Shown here piece by piece: positions 1-12,404 of a stretch of DNA of 64,000 nucleotides. Position numbers and translations under genes: made by a program. Source of the DNA: Octopus sinensis (taxonomy: Eukaryota); the NCBI RefSeq assembly GCF_006345805.1, contig NC_043001.1:40424001-40488000 (forward strand). The letters are read 5' to 3'. Below the pieces are notes generated by a model. The model saw nothing but the letters and a program-made list of their open reading frames with translations, was not told the origin of the DNA and did no database searches. The number at the start of each line of letters is the position of its first letter. Positions within the stretch are counted from its first letter, which is position 1.

Positions 1-639
1 GCTCTGACCAGCTGTTTGACCAAAGCTCAATTAAGATCTAAAATGGAATACTGTTCTCACCACCTGAATATCTTAAACCTCATAAACCTGAATAGCAAAA
101 TTTCACTCTCCATCACACAATCTCTCGGCCATAGACAAGCTGACCTTGGCTGCCTGTTCCACAGCAATTTCAACAACCTTTACTCCTCTAAACTAGCTAG
201 TTACATACTACATCTCTCAGACCCACTAATCTTGTCACCTGTACCCCTCCATCTCATTAACCCCTATTCCCAATCTTCCTCCCAAAACGTTAACATTACA
301 AAATTCTCTTATTACTCACGGTTTTCCTGCAGACGTCAGCTTATAGATATTCGATTTGAATATCAACTATATTAGTCTTACCAGTCTTAGTAAGGCTGTG
401 AAGAGTAAATCATAAAGGAAAAAATTGTGTTCTAAGGGGTTGGTTGGCTGATCTTAAGTTTGCTGGACTGGGGTCCCAGGCTGTTCCGTGTCTATATGAT
501 ACCTTAATGATGTAAAGATATTTTCAATAAATACTGCTTTAAATGTTTGTTTTGTTTATTTTTATGGGAATATTTAAGATCTGAGATATTTATCGAAATT
601 ATGTCCCCTGTAATTTATAATGCTTGTATTCTTTGCTTG

Positions 640-832
640 AAATTTTAGCACAAGGTTAGCAACTTTGAGGTTGAATGTAAGTCAATTACACCACACACTG
701 GTACTTATTTTATCAAAGGATGATAGGCAAAGTCGACCCCAGTTGCATTTGAATTCAGAACGTAAAGATAGACAAAATGCCGCTAAGCATTTTATGTCTG
801 GTGTAGTAACGATTCTGCCAGTTCATTGCCTT
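640..832 (-). mobile_element. tRNA-derived SINE, short family, diverged copy
   Basis: Reverse complement matches the family at 856-1070 and 2416-2617 (ggcagaatcgtt...gcttagcggcatttt...gttctgaattcaaat...gtcgactttgcct). Confidence 0.7.
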
Positions 833-855
833 GCACATTATTTTTAATATTAATC

Positions 856-1070
856 AGCAAGCTAACAGAATCATTAGCATGCTGAGCAAAATGTTTAGCA
901 GTATTTAGTCCGTCTTTATGTTCTAAGTTCAAATTCCATTGAGGTCGGCTTAGCCTTTCATCCTTTTGGAACCAATAAAATAACTACCAATTGAACCCTG
1001 GGGTTGATATAATTGATTTATCCCACCCACCCCAAAATTGCTGGCTTTGTGCCTAAATTTAAAACCAATA
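856..1070 (+). mobile_element. tRNA-derived SINE, short family
   Basis: agcaagctaacagaatcattagca...gttctaagttcaaattcc...gcctttcatcc...tgtgcct. Same family as 2416-2617. Confidence 0.7.
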
Positions 1071-1274
1071 TTAATCGGTATATTGATGCAATCATTTAAA
1101 ATAAAAAAGACCCTATCCCAAAAATATGCAACACAAGAAACACTTAAAAAGGGAAGAAGTTGGGTTGACCTGTGTTCCTGCTAAGTTTTTGGTGCAAATT
1201 TGCTCAGTAATTTACTTATGAGCAAATTTTGTCATTTTTAGCAAAGTATATGCACGTTTGTGTATGTGGTCTGA

Positions 1275-1525
1275 TCAGTAAGTATCCGGACTGTTGCTAA
1301 GGTATGCAGAGTGAAGCCACTTGGGACAGACTGACCTTGAACTTTGCTGTGTATGTGCACTAAGTTTTAACATTTTAGTTCACTTCCAGTTTCCAGCAGT
1401 GCTAGGATGGAACGTGTAGCGTGTGCTCATTGCATTGGCCATGACAGAGAAAGTTGAGCCGAGAATCTGCATCAAATTTTGCCAAAAGCTTGGCAATACT
1501 TGCTCAGAGGCTTATGCAAAACTTT
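1275..1525 (+). mobile_element. Mariner/Tc1 5' fragment (terminus plus start of transposase)
   Basis: ATG at 1441 reads MTEKVEPRICIKFCQKLGNTCSEAYAKL, a typical mariner N-terminus. The upstream sequence aligns by eye with the copy at 59822-60030. Confidence 0.7.
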
Positions 1526-2415
1526 CAAAAACTTTTCGTCATTCTCAACACAATCAAGGAGATCTTGTTTTACAGTGAATACTGAAATTTAGTATAGCAA
1601 TAAACTGTACCCCATGCATATCTAGTTGGTCTTTCATTATCAGTAGTTTTGTTTCCTTGTATAGGTGGCCTGTGTAAAATATGTGACGACAAGAAGTGCA
1701 TTGTTTTATGTCCTTTGTAGTTTGTCATGGAGACTAGTGCGGTTCAAACAGGGTTAGCATATTCATGATAGATCTGATGTATTGTTTGTACGTCACTTTT
1801 ACTCTATGTGCATTGTAGAAGTATTGTATACAACTCTTAATATTTTTGTCATTAATGTGTGTGTATATCTGAAGTGGTTGTGAAAGTGCATGGCTAGGCT
1901 GTTCAGCTCATCATCAGATCATGGGTTCAATTCTTGGACCAGGCAGCATATTGTGTTCATGAGGACAGTTCTTCAACTTGTATTGCTCCAGTTCACTCAG
2001 TTTTAATGAGCACCATTCAGGTGCTAATTCAGCCCTCTCTTTCTCCAACTGTCACATCCCAGATGTCCCAATAGATCAAAGGTTAAGAAGCACTGAGGGT
2101 GTCTATGTCTTGGTCATGACTACACTACATAGACACCCCAAACAACTAACAAAAGCATGGTACATGTTACTAAGCCATACTCATTCATGAGGGATAACTA
2201 GCTGTAGTAAGTTTATGATGTTGAGTTTGATTGTTGGCTGTATTTAATGTACTCTGGCAAAGAAGGTAACAGTGGATTTGTCATATGTTACTGTTATTTT
2301 AGAGCCAGATTTCAAGGTGACCGATGTAGGATTGTAATAGTTATGCAACTGTGATGAGTAGGAGGTTATGAGTGTGATGATGTTTCTGCATGATACACAG
2401 AAATATCATCACAGC

Positions 2416-2617
2416 AGCAAGCTGGCAGAAACGTTAGCACGCCGGGCGAAATGCTTTATGGTATTTCGTCTGTCTTTACATTCTGAGTTCAAATTCTACT
2501 GAGATTGACTTTGCCTTTCAGGGTTGATAAATTAAGTACCAGTTATGTACTGGAGTTGATCTGATCGACTGGCCCCCTCCCCAAAACTTTCGTGCCTTGT
2601 GCCTAGAGTAGAAAAGG
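2416..2617 (+). mobile_element. tRNA-derived SINE, short family
   Basis: ggcagaaacgttagcacgccgggcgaaatgct...ttctgagttcaaattc (B-box-like)...gtgcctagagtagaaaag. Several related copies occur in the window. Confidence 0.75.
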
Positions 2618-2639
2618 ATATTTATGTATGATATGGTGT

Positions 2640-2820
2640 CTATGTGTAGAGGCCTGAAAAGATTTTGCAGGTAAAGTTTGAAAAGAGTGAGTGACAGGAC
2701 AGATCTTTGTGGTACTCCATTCAGGAAACTGAAAATTTTGGAAATGTGGTTTATTTTCTATGCTACATAGGCTTGGCAGCCTGACAGAGAATAACTGGAG
2801 TAAACATCTGCAGCTGAAAA
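2640..2820 (-). mobile_element. Degenerate non-LTR (LINE) reverse transcriptase fragment
   Basis: Minus strand reads ...FLNGVPQRSVLSLTLFKLYLQ, matching the LINE RT motif GVPQGSVLSPxLFNLY. Stops are present. Confidence 0.6.
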
Positions 2821-3109
2821 AAATTTTAATTAATTAAAATTACATCCTATACTGAAGAATAAACAATCATTATCCTAATGACTAATTATTGTTAAGAAAT
2901 GCAAAGGCAAGGGAGACAATCAAAAATATTTAAAGTAAAAGGATATTTTCTATTAGTCATTGTTTTAAGTTATCATGCCACTCAATGTTCTATCACTAAA
3001 ATCCTTTGTACTTCTTGAATCATCTTACATGTAACAGGAATAGTTGGACTGAACTTTCTAATGGGGATCTAATAAGGCCAAAGCTTGCCCAGTTTTGTCA
3101 CTAATCATG

Positions 3110-3522
3110 TGCAGGTGTGGCTGTGTACTAAGAAGCTTGCTTCCCAACCATATTGTTCCAGGTTCGATCACACTGTAGCAGACCTTGGGCAAGTACCTCC
3201 TACTATAGCCTGAGGCTAACAAAAGCCTTATGAGCAAATTTGGTAGACAGAAACTGAAAGAAGCCCGTCATATGTGTGTGTGTGTGTGTGCACGTGTGCC
3301 TTTGTGTCTGTATTTGGCCACCCCACCACTTGACAACTGGTGTTGGTATGTTAACATCCTTGTGACTTAGTGATTCAGCAAAAAGAGACCACCACAATAA
3401 GTACCAGGCTTAATAAAAAAAATGAGTACTGGTGCCAATTCATTCAACTAAAAATTCTTCAAGGTGGTGCCCCAGCATGGCCATACTCTAATGACTGAAA
3501 CAAGTAAAAGATAAAAGATAAA
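3110..3522 (+). mobile_element. Long SINE (tRNA-like head, internal microsatellite, tail ending cagcatggcc...actgaaacaagtaaaaga)
   Basis: Matches the abundant family also seen at 11690-12050, 35715-36296, 42385-42895, 48043-48420 and 49500-50150. Confidence 0.75.
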
Positions 3523-4162
3523 CTACTGAAGATCAGACTGCATAGTTAGCTTGCATTTAGTATTTCCCTTTAACCCCATGTTAACTCTGATCAAATAAAT
3601 CTACAATCAAAAGCATTTTAGTCCTATCATCCCACATTTTTTTTTCCCTTTTTTAAAGTATGGTATATCAAGAACAGTATTTCCCAATGTATCTTCTTTT
3701 TTAATACAACGGGGAGTAATTTAAAGATTTGGTTGCTACTTCTAGCAAGTTGAGCAAAAGAGTGAGGGTTTTATGTTACTCAGAAGAAGCAGCCAAATCT
3801 AACTGAAATTACATTCTACTGTCTTACGGTTATAAGTTACTGTCATTAGCCCTTTTGTGCTTTCTCTTAAGGAGGTTATGGGTAATCTGTAGATACGTAC
3901 CAAGTAGAAAATACTACCAAACTGGTGATGTGCTATAAGTTAATGGCTGAGATGTTTGTAGGAAAATCAGCCCTGAGATAGTCTAAGAGAGAGTGATAAG
4001 GTCAGATTTAAAAATCAAGTAACAAAACACTGAAATAAATGAAAATATGCTGTATTGCAAGTTTATCTGTTGCATATTAGCAATTAAAAAAAAAAGAAGA
4101 TGCCAAAATCATGGTGATGATAGTGCATGTGAATTGTTAGTCTCTATATATTTTCAAAATGT

Positions 4163-4207
<45 letters not shown>

Positions 4208-4436
4208 TACAAATAAGCAGTAAAATAACCAGCCAGGAATATAATTAAAAAAAAAAGAAATATATGAAATAAAAATTTTTGTCCTTTATGTTTTAAATCC
4301 CACCAAATTAAAGCTTTCTGGAAATGTACGTGGAATTTAGTTACAATAATTGAAAATTATTGTTGATAAAAGTGTTTTATATATTTTTTTTTTGTTTGTT
4401 TTTTAATCATTTAATATTTTCTATTTAGAAATTGGA

Positions 4437-4812
4437 TTAACTATCTAAGTGTTCTGGATTAGGGTTATCTAATGCATCATCTTGTATGTTGTTACTTGAT
4501 ATAGAGAGGTTTGTATCAAATGATGAAAGAACAGCGTCTGAATTTGCATCTTGCAAAGCAACTTGGGCCAGAACAACTAATGGGTTCACATGTGGTGATG
4601 TCTTCTCTTCTTGGTGCTTCTTACGTTTGCTGTGGTCAAAGTGTCTGTGGTTCTTGTTACTACTATTTGGTTTACGTCGACGTTTCTCTGGACTTGGAGA
4701 TTCTAGGAAGTTGTTTATATTCCAGGCAAATCTCAAAGGTCCTGCATTCTTACCAACAGGAAAATGCCAACTACAAACACGACTATTTGTGGTTGGAATA
4801 AAGTTTTGTCGT
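4437..4812 (-). CDS. THAP-domain protein, coding exon 2 (terminal): second half of THAP finger, basic stretch, amphipathic motif, stop
   Basis: Acceptor tttcag|A at 4813. Reads (K)RQNFIPTTNSRVCSWHFPVGKNAGP...PEKRRRKP...VNPLVVLAQVALQD...EHLDS*. The CSxHF motif supplies the last Cys and His of the C2CH finger. Phase matches exon 1 (AA+A=Lys). Confidence 0.85.
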
Positions 4813-5634
4813 CTGAAATATCCAAATAAAATAAAGCATTTAATTTTTTTATACATTTTACTAAATAATATAAAAATGGCAATATATTTTGAAAAAAATC
4901 CATAAAAAAAAATTCATTAAACAAAATGCATGGAGATTTATTTCAAACACTTAGTTCTACAAATGCAAATAAAATAGGTTTATATGTATGTTACATACTG
5001 ATCAGTTGAAGAGACTAAACAGAATTAAGCAATGCATTTAATTCCAAATGGCTCATTTCACTTAGCAATTGAGAGTCCCTAATATGCCAGCATCCTATCC
5101 AGTGAACAGTTATCACCTATTTAGTCAATACCACGAAACAAGAGCTGAGCATAAACCCTTAAGTATACTTTGGCTTATTAAAAAAAAATTTATATTTTTA
5201 CATTATTTTGAGGGCACATTTTTTTAGAAAATTGGAACTAGTTGTGATGAATGTTTGGTTCACATTTACTGTATGTTATCAATGTGCATTTAAAAGAAAA
5301 TTCTTTAAATATTTAAGCCAAGCAGGCTTTGAACTAAATACCAGGAACTACAGAACTCAATTATGTAAAGTAAACAAATTAACCATCTTTCATATGTTTT
5401 CTACTTTTTAAGTAGAAAGCTTCATTATATTTTAATTACTGTAAATAGAAACTAATTGCTTACAACTAGCTTCATGCTTCTCACTTTGCAAGATCTCAAA
5501 GCTTCGTTATGTTTCAATTACTGAAAATGGAAACTGCTTGCCTACTATCTTCCAACTCTTCTTTATTTTTTTTTTCTTACTTTCTATAATTAATCAATGC
5601 ATTACTATATTTCAGTAAATGTTCACATATGTAG

Positions 5635-5822
5635 TAATAAGATGACGACAGAAGGAGCGCCAACAACAACCACGTGCGACTCTCCCTTCCGGGACTAGAT
5701 GTCCGCACTGCGACCGATCTTTTCAAGCAAGAATTGGCCTAATCGGTCACCTACGGACTCATCAGTAAATTTGCGCGAAGACCATCATCCTTGACCTTGA
5801 GGGATTGCCATCATCATCATCA
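5635..5822 (+). mobile_element. RTE-type LINE 3' end
   Basis: Reads ...PRATLPSGTRCPHCDRSFQARIGLIGHLRTHQ*, a C-terminal C2H2 knuckle typical of RTE/BovB ORF2, followed by a short UTR and a (CAT)n tail. Confidence 0.75.
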
Positions 5823-6347
5823 GTAATAAGGACACATATATAAAGACATTCATTAGATGAATAGATATTTGTTCAACATGATTATCACAAAAATATGGTT
5901 TCTTCAGTTTCAAGCAAACTTAAGGAAATTTATTATTTTGCATATTTGACAAGAGATTTTATCAATGAATATCTGTTGAAACTAAGGAAATTGCATTGTT
6001 TTAGTTAATTTAGTCATTTAAAACACATGGATTCTTATATTCATTATTTTAAATTATATTTTTACATTATTATACAGTAATTAAGTATCAAAATCTTTCA
6101 TTGTACATTTACAATATAGCCATTAATACTCTGTGAAATAGAGCATTTGTAACTAGATGGTACATGTATGGTGAAAGAGTTTGACACCTTATTTTAATAA
6201 ATATGGTTTAGCTAGTTGGAAGGAGCTGCATTGATGACCATTAAAATTCTTTCTATACTTAGCAGGGGGAAATTCCAGATGGTTAACCCTCTGTGTTGGA
6301 AGGTTTAACCAGTCATTATTAGTGCAGGTCTTAAATAGTGAGACATA

Positions 6348-6488
6348 ATCAATCTTAGTGTTCAACTGGTGCTTATTTTATCGACCTCGAAAGGATGAAA
6401 GAGAAAGTCAACGCCCTCGGAATTTGAACTCAGAACGTGAAGGCAGACGATTAAGTAATAAAGTATTGAATAATTTACTAATTGAATT
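6348..6488. repeat. 141-bp direct repeat, copy 1 (truncated SINE plus shared non-SINE flank)
   Basis: Near-identical to 8047-8187 (about 3 substitutions), including the junction ggcagacga|ttaagtaataaagtattgaataatttactaattgaatt. Confidence 0.85.
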
Positions 6489-8046
6489 ATGGAGGAAAGA
6501 TGGAGATGGTATGTAACTAATTAGTTAAGCAAAAGAAAGGAGACAGTATGTATATGTGCCAGAGGTTGAAGTGCATTTTTGAGCAAATATTTGTCAATCA
6601 GCCTGATGGTCTTATTTTGGATGTGTTCTTGAATGTTTATATGAGTAGGAGAAATACCATCTCATCATGGGCCTCACTTGAACCTTGTTGAGAGTCAGCA
6701 ACTGATTAGAGCTGAAATATTTTCTCATTTTGAAGAGAAAAGTTAGTATCTGGGATTTTTACAGGTTTGTATGTTGGAGTGCCAGGAATATCCAGCAGAG
6801 ATGGTAAGGCCAAGAAATTATGGGTTTTGTTTCGTCCAAGAGCAACGAGGGTGAAGAATATTTTTTTGATATAAACGGCGATTTTATCTGTCTTTCAATA
6901 GAAAGAGACAAGATCCTTTTTTACATCTTTATTGGAAAATATTGGAAGCAGTACAAGTTTGGTGTGAATAACGCATAAGTGAAAAAGATTAAAGAGCATT
7001 AAAGAAGAGTAGTTATTTAGGAATTGTTAAAGATTACAATAAGCAAGTTGTTAATGTACAGAATAATCGAAAAATATTAGTTTAAAAGTGAATGTATGTG
7101 CTTTAAATGGACAAAATTATGGCACAAAGAAAATTCATTATTAATTAAAAATAATCTCATTTTGAGGCTCTTCTGCAGTTTGCAAGCCACTGAGAGTTCT
7201 TTGATATTTAATGTGCAGTTCGTGGAAATAGAATATTGGTTAAACTTTTTATATACAAAAGCTAGAACAAGAATAAATATTATTGTGTAACATTAAAATT
7301 CTTAAGAAAATGTTACGTAACAATAAAATGTATCTCTTTCGTCCAGCTTACATTATTGCATATAGGTAAATTCTGTGAGCACTCTTGTAAGATCTCCAAT
7401 CGTTTATTGTGGATTAGATGAGGATATCAGGAATGTCACGAAGAAAATTCAGAAATGCTATGATCTGTTGCTGTTAACCTTAAGTACTGACGGATGAACA
7501 TGAATATCTGCGTGGAGATCGGATTCACAATTATTCTTGCACTCGGAGACGAGTCCGCTTTTCCAATGAATTAAGATAAGCGAAATAGGCCCCTCATTTT
7601 CTCTGATTAAATGAACAAACGTAGAAATTAACCATAAATTCAACAAGTGAGAGTAAATACCAACATTCACTTTAAAGACGTGTGTGTACGGGCGCCTGTT
7701 AAGCTAGTACGTGAGAGTACGGGCGCCTGTTTAGTTAACACGTGAGTGTATGTGTGTATATTTGTCAAAAATGAAAGGAAAATTTTGCAATTCTATATAT
7801 CTAAACAGTGTGGGAAGAATGCAGAACCGAAAAAGCGTTATTTACATCTTATTGTACCTGACTTTCATTCCCACCAGATCGATAAAGAGTATACCAGCAA
7901 TATGCTGGGATTTGTGTAATTATTATTCTCTAATCCTTACAAAAACTTGGCCTTGTGTTGAGTTAAAAGATGTCAACATTATGTAATAAAATATTGATTT
8001 CAAATTTTGACACAAGGCCAGCAAATTTGGGGAGGGGTAAGATTAC

Positions 8047-8187
8047 ATCAATCCTAGTGTTCAACTGGTGCTTATTTTATCGACCTCGAAAGGATGAAAG
8101 GGAAAGTCGACGCCCTCGGAATTTGAACTCAGAACGTGAAGGCAGACGATTAAGTAATAAAGTATTGAATAATTTACTAATTGAATT
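8047..8187. repeat. 141-bp direct repeat, copy 2
   Basis: See 6348-6488. Confidence 0.85.
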
Positions 8188-9055
8188 TGTCATTGGGTAA
8201 TGTAATATATATATATATATAAATTCCAATTAATATATGAAACTACTAAAATAAAATGAAAGTAAGAGTAAATGAAATGCTAACAAATTAAGGTTTGCCT
8301 AAACAATTTTAAGTAAGCAGTGGGTAAAGAAATGATACTATTTTATTCAGAAATATATCTAATATTACTTTATTAAGTTTTAATCTAAAATTGTCAAGAT
8401 TTTAAGGTAGGATATTTCCAATCGAATAGGCGCCATCTTGCTTGAGAAAGAAATATTAATTCCTCCCAGATATGAAAATAAAGAGTAGAACTTAAAATAA
8501 AAAAGGAAATTTGAAAAACGCTAAAAGATACTAACATCTTGGACGTTGAAAACGTTCAATACAAACATCGAGACAACGCCATTTGAAAGAAATCTAAGTT
8601 GTCGACTGCACGGTGAAAATGTAAACAGAAATAATTTCCAATCGCATTACATGCTACCACTGACAGTATTGAAAGACAGAGAAAAAGAAAAGAAATGAAA
8701 TCATCCATTACACACTAGAGTTTAAAATTGAGAAAAAGCAGCCTGGAAGTATTGACTCGTTTGTACGTTTACCAAATCAGTACATCAGGATGTTCCAAAA
8801 TTAATTATGCTTTCAATTTTTATCACGTCTATAATGGAATTATCTTCAGATTCAACAACCTGATTTGGAAACACAGTCCCGTTATAATAAAAACAGTTAA
8901 TCCAAGACGCATCAGATACGTTATGCACTTCTAAACATGTCAATTAGCGCAATATTTACATATGTTTCAGTATCTACTACTGTTTTCTACCGATTAATGG
9001 ATGGACCCAAGCGTTCGACTGTGGGCGTTGGAAGTTGACGGCATTTGACACTTAC

Positions 9056-9168
9056 TTGATAGCTTTTAACCATTTGTTTTTGTCCATTTCTGCTGTCGGG
9101 AATCGATAGAAAGATAAATCACAGTTTTCACTCCTGTTGTTACATTGTGGAACGCAACATTGAGGCAT
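9056..9168 (-). CDS. THAP-domain protein, coding exon 1
   Basis: ATG at 9168. Reads MPQCCVPQCNNRSENCDLSFYRFPTAEMDKNKWLKAI plus AA, then donor gtaagt. It carries the THAP hallmarks C-x3/4-C, F-x-F-P and W and joins exon 4437-4812 in frame to give 162 aa. Missed by the ORF track. Confidence 0.88.
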
Positions 9169-9214
9169 GTTGCTCTATTTTGGTTTCAAAATCTCGATTT
9201 TAATAAACTGTATA

Positions 9215-9245
9215 AATGGACCCGGAAATACCGGCAACTTCCTAA
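9215..9245 (-). promoter_or_regulatory. Putative promoter of the THAP gene (ETS-like sites)
   Basis: CCGGAAAT (9222-9229) and ACTTCC (about 9237-9242) lie 50-75 nt upstream of the ATG in a locally CpG-containing patch. Confidence 0.4.
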
Positions 9246-9585
9246 AAAGTATCGCTCCAATTTTTTATCCGCATGTCATTTTTTTCATACAGTGATATAT
9301 CAATATTTTTAAACTGCTATTATTATAATATCTGTAAGCATCTTCTTGCATAAGAAAATTCCGAAAAAAATTTATTGAATTAAGAGATTTATAAAAATAA
9401 AAACAATAAACATAAATTGAACTGAAATTAAAATTAACCAAAACTTAGATCAACAAGTTACCACTTGACTCCTTAACCGACCATCACAGTCAACAACATA
9501 AACATACCATTCACCGAAGACAAAATGATAACACATTCACAAAATTCTCAACACACATACAAGATGAAGTAAAAGGAAGAAAACA

Positions 9586-9973
9586 GATCTTTTCGGTTTG
9601 AACGGCAGTTTTTAACATAATTTCTATGTAACTAAAAAAATTTAAACTTCGTATACTGGTAGACGTGTTTATAAAACATCTTTTTTTTTAGTTTTATTGA
9701 GAAAATTTTATAGTTTGTAAGATATTTGTTGTATTTTTTCTTCAATTTCAACCAATCACTGACGTCTATTGAGGTAATAACACATTCTGTGCCTTATGAA
9801 TGTCCCTCGTTTAAGAAACAGATTGGGTTTATTTACATTTGTGAAGAAAAAAAATACCCTTCCCCCACCCTAAAACAGATTGAAATGCAATAGATCGATA
9901 CTAGGGTCATAATTATGGGTGACAATTTCATATGACACCGCTAGAAAAAACTGCCGTTCAAACCGAAAAGATC
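9586..9973. mobile_element. MITE-like element with 28-bp terminal inverted repeats
   Basis: gatcttttcggtttgaacggcagttttt at 9586 and its reverse complement aaaaactgccgttcaaaccgaaaagatc ending at 9973. No coding content. Confidence 0.75.
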
Positions 9974-10185
9974 CGAAGAAAACTAATATACATATAGTCA
10001 GCAGGTATTACATTTGCCAGGCAGAAAGAAACAACGAAGTACACAAAAGATACGTTAGATCTATAAAGGACTATGCTAGTTTTGCTTGGAGCTCCAATCT
10101 GCCTACAATAAACACCAAATAACACATTCTACAAATTACCAACACTAAATAACAAAAACGGGGACCCCCACCTCCACCAAAAAAA

Positions 10186-10665
10186 TGTGGAATTCTGGTT
10201 TAAGCACCCCATATAACCCCTCATGACTTTTTTATTTTTTGAAATTTTCAGGGAATCTTTTGCGAATTTGTACTATACATGGGAATTCATACAATTATGA
10301 AAAACAATATTTAATAAAGAAAATATTTTAACCCCTTCCCCCTCATAAATCCTAAAACTTCCATTCTTTTTCGAATTTTTTAAAAATATGGACCGTCCAA
10401 GTTTTTTGAAGTCCTACACTCATGGGTGCATTATCATGTCATTAAATGTGCATGTGGAGAAAAATATTGAAAAACATCAATACATGTGAGAGTGACAAAG
10501 AAAAGAGGAAGGTATCAGGTGGTCGTGAGATGCACTAAAAAACCCAGCTAAATTGCCCTTAAATCATACTTTTTTTTGCATAATCATATGAATTCCCATG
10601 TGTAGTTTTCTGAAAATACAAAAATTATGAGGGGTTATATGGGGTGCTTACACCAGAACTCTACC
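10186..10665. mobile_element. Non-autonomous element with long imperfect inverted arms
   Basis: aagcaccccatataacccctcat...atgggaattcata (10200-10290) is mirrored by tatgaattcccat...atgaggggttatatggggtgctt (10585-10650). Confidence 0.6.
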
Positions 10666-11282
10666 AAAAAACACCTGGGCATGCTTGGGGTACAGTTTGT
10701 TGCTGCAGTAAGCTTCAACCTGGCCAAACCTTTACTACATGAAAGGCCACCTCCAAACTCCTGATGTATTAATGCAGCATCGAACCAAGGAAGCCTCTAC
10801 ATGATTGTTTGACCTGCTAGCATAGAAATAACATTCTACATGTCAAACAACGAATGTGGCTCTGAGCTTCCTGCACTCAAGACTGAGTGGTTGTGGCTGA
10901 AATGCCTTTGGTTGTACATCTAATCAACAAAAAATGAGCTGGAACTAAAGATCACACAGTGTTATGAGCCCCTAAATAGTTTGGCTGCAGAGGATAAACA
11001 TTAAGTGTATTTGAACACTAGTTGTTGTGGTCTAACCAAGTCCATCGCCAGAAAATACAGAAAGACTGAAACTATAGAAAGAGTGCAATATCTTCATGGT
11101 CTCATTGCACCCCAGTATGATTCAGAGCAGTATTGTCCTCAGAACTTGACTGTGGTTAACAACACAATATATATGTGTGTGCATATGGCCTGCCTACCTA
11201 GCCAGTGGGCTATCATCATTCAATAGCTATAACAATGCAAGGAAGCGCATTGTGGCCAGCCTGGTCAATACATTGTTTTTTA

Positions 11283-11600
11283 TCATCATCATCATCGTTT
11301 AACGTCCGTTCTCCATGCTAGCATGGGTTGGATGGTTCGACCAGGGATCTGGGAAGCCAGAAGGCTGCATCAGGCTCCAGTCTGATCTGGCAATGTTTCT
11401 ACAGCTTGATGCCCTTCCTAACGCCAACCACTCTGTGAGTGTAGTGGGTGTTTTTTATGCGCCACCGGCACAGGGATCACAACTGCAGTTTCCATTGATT
11501 TTTGATGTTGGTGTACTTGACTCAATGGATCTCCTCAAGCACAGGGTCGAAACGGTGTTTCTTTACTTGCCACCTGCACGCGAGTCAGTCCAGCGGCCCT
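11283..11600 (-). mobile_element. RTE-LINE 3' UTR/tail copy
   Basis: (CAT)n-cgtttaacgtccgttctccatgctagcatgggttgg... The same tail is contiguous with RTE ORF2 at 24945-25648 and 56811-57447. Confidence 0.75.
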
Positions 11601-11689
11601 GGCAACTGCCGGGTGCCAGTCATAGGATTGGTTCAATTTCAATTCCGATATCACTTGCCCCAACAGGTCTTCACAAGCAGAGTTTTATT

Positions 11690-12050
11690 TATTTCAGTCG
11701 TTAGACTGCAGCCATACTGGGGCACTGCATTGAAGGGTTGTAGTGAAAACGAATCCACACATTTCTGTTGAGCTTGGTAATTATTCTATTGTTCTCTTTT
11801 GCTGAACTGCTAAGCTATGGGGACATAAACACACCAACACTGGCTGTTAAGTGGTGGAACAAGCACTCACATATATACATATACAATGGGCTTCTTTCAG
11901 TTTCCATTTACCAAATCCACTCAAAAAGCTTTGGTCAATGCAAAGCTATAGTAAAGATACTTACTTGCCCAAGGTGCTATGCAGTGGAATTGAATCCAGA
12001 ACCATGTGGTTGGGAAACAAACTTCAAACCACGCAGCCATGACTATGCCT
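11690..12050 (-). mobile_element. Long SINE copy
   Basis: ttcagtcgttagactgcagccatactggggcac...gggcttctttcagtttcc...ccaaggtgc...aaccatgtggttgggaaacaaac. Confidence 0.7.
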
Positions 12051-12404
12051 AACTAGATGTTTTGCTTACAGCACATAAGTTCACCCATCCAAGTACTAAT
12101 TAGGTTTGACATTTCTTAACTTCAAGTGATTGGACAAGAACAGGTGTTTTCAACATATGAAATGCTGTAAAAGTAACAAATCCAGGAAAACTTCCATGAC
12201 TATATCTGGTTTCATAGCTATATTCAGAACAATTTTTTTTCCACATACGTGTAATGCTATAATATAGTGCTGTTTGGTTGATAAGCAACTTATAAATATT
12301 ACACTAATTACTTGATGGTAAATAAAACGTTAGATTTTTCCTAGTCTAAAATCATGACTTTTTATTTACTAATGACAACAGCTCTAATTGAATAACTTCT
12401 TTCA

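Noticed and set aside
1-560. 119-aa ORF at the window start and similar sequence at 6490-6860
   Set aside because: It appears to be a decayed repeat family (shared tagttacatac..atctc segment in opposite orientation), but no diagnostic motif allowed a call.
4486-4905. 139-aa plus-strand ORF
   Set aside because: It is the antisense shadow of the THAP exon 2 and has no recognisable motif.
5750-5770. Minus-strand CTGATGAGTCCGT resembling a hammerhead core
   Set aside because: There is no downstream GAAA or stem II partner. It is simply the reverse complement of the RTE codons for RTHQ*.
11315-11704. Recurrent MLAWVG.../MDGST... ORFs (also at 16939, 24977, 45106, 56224 and 56855, the last 245 aa)
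   Set aside because: They are chance frames in the RTE 3' UTR repeat, not genes.
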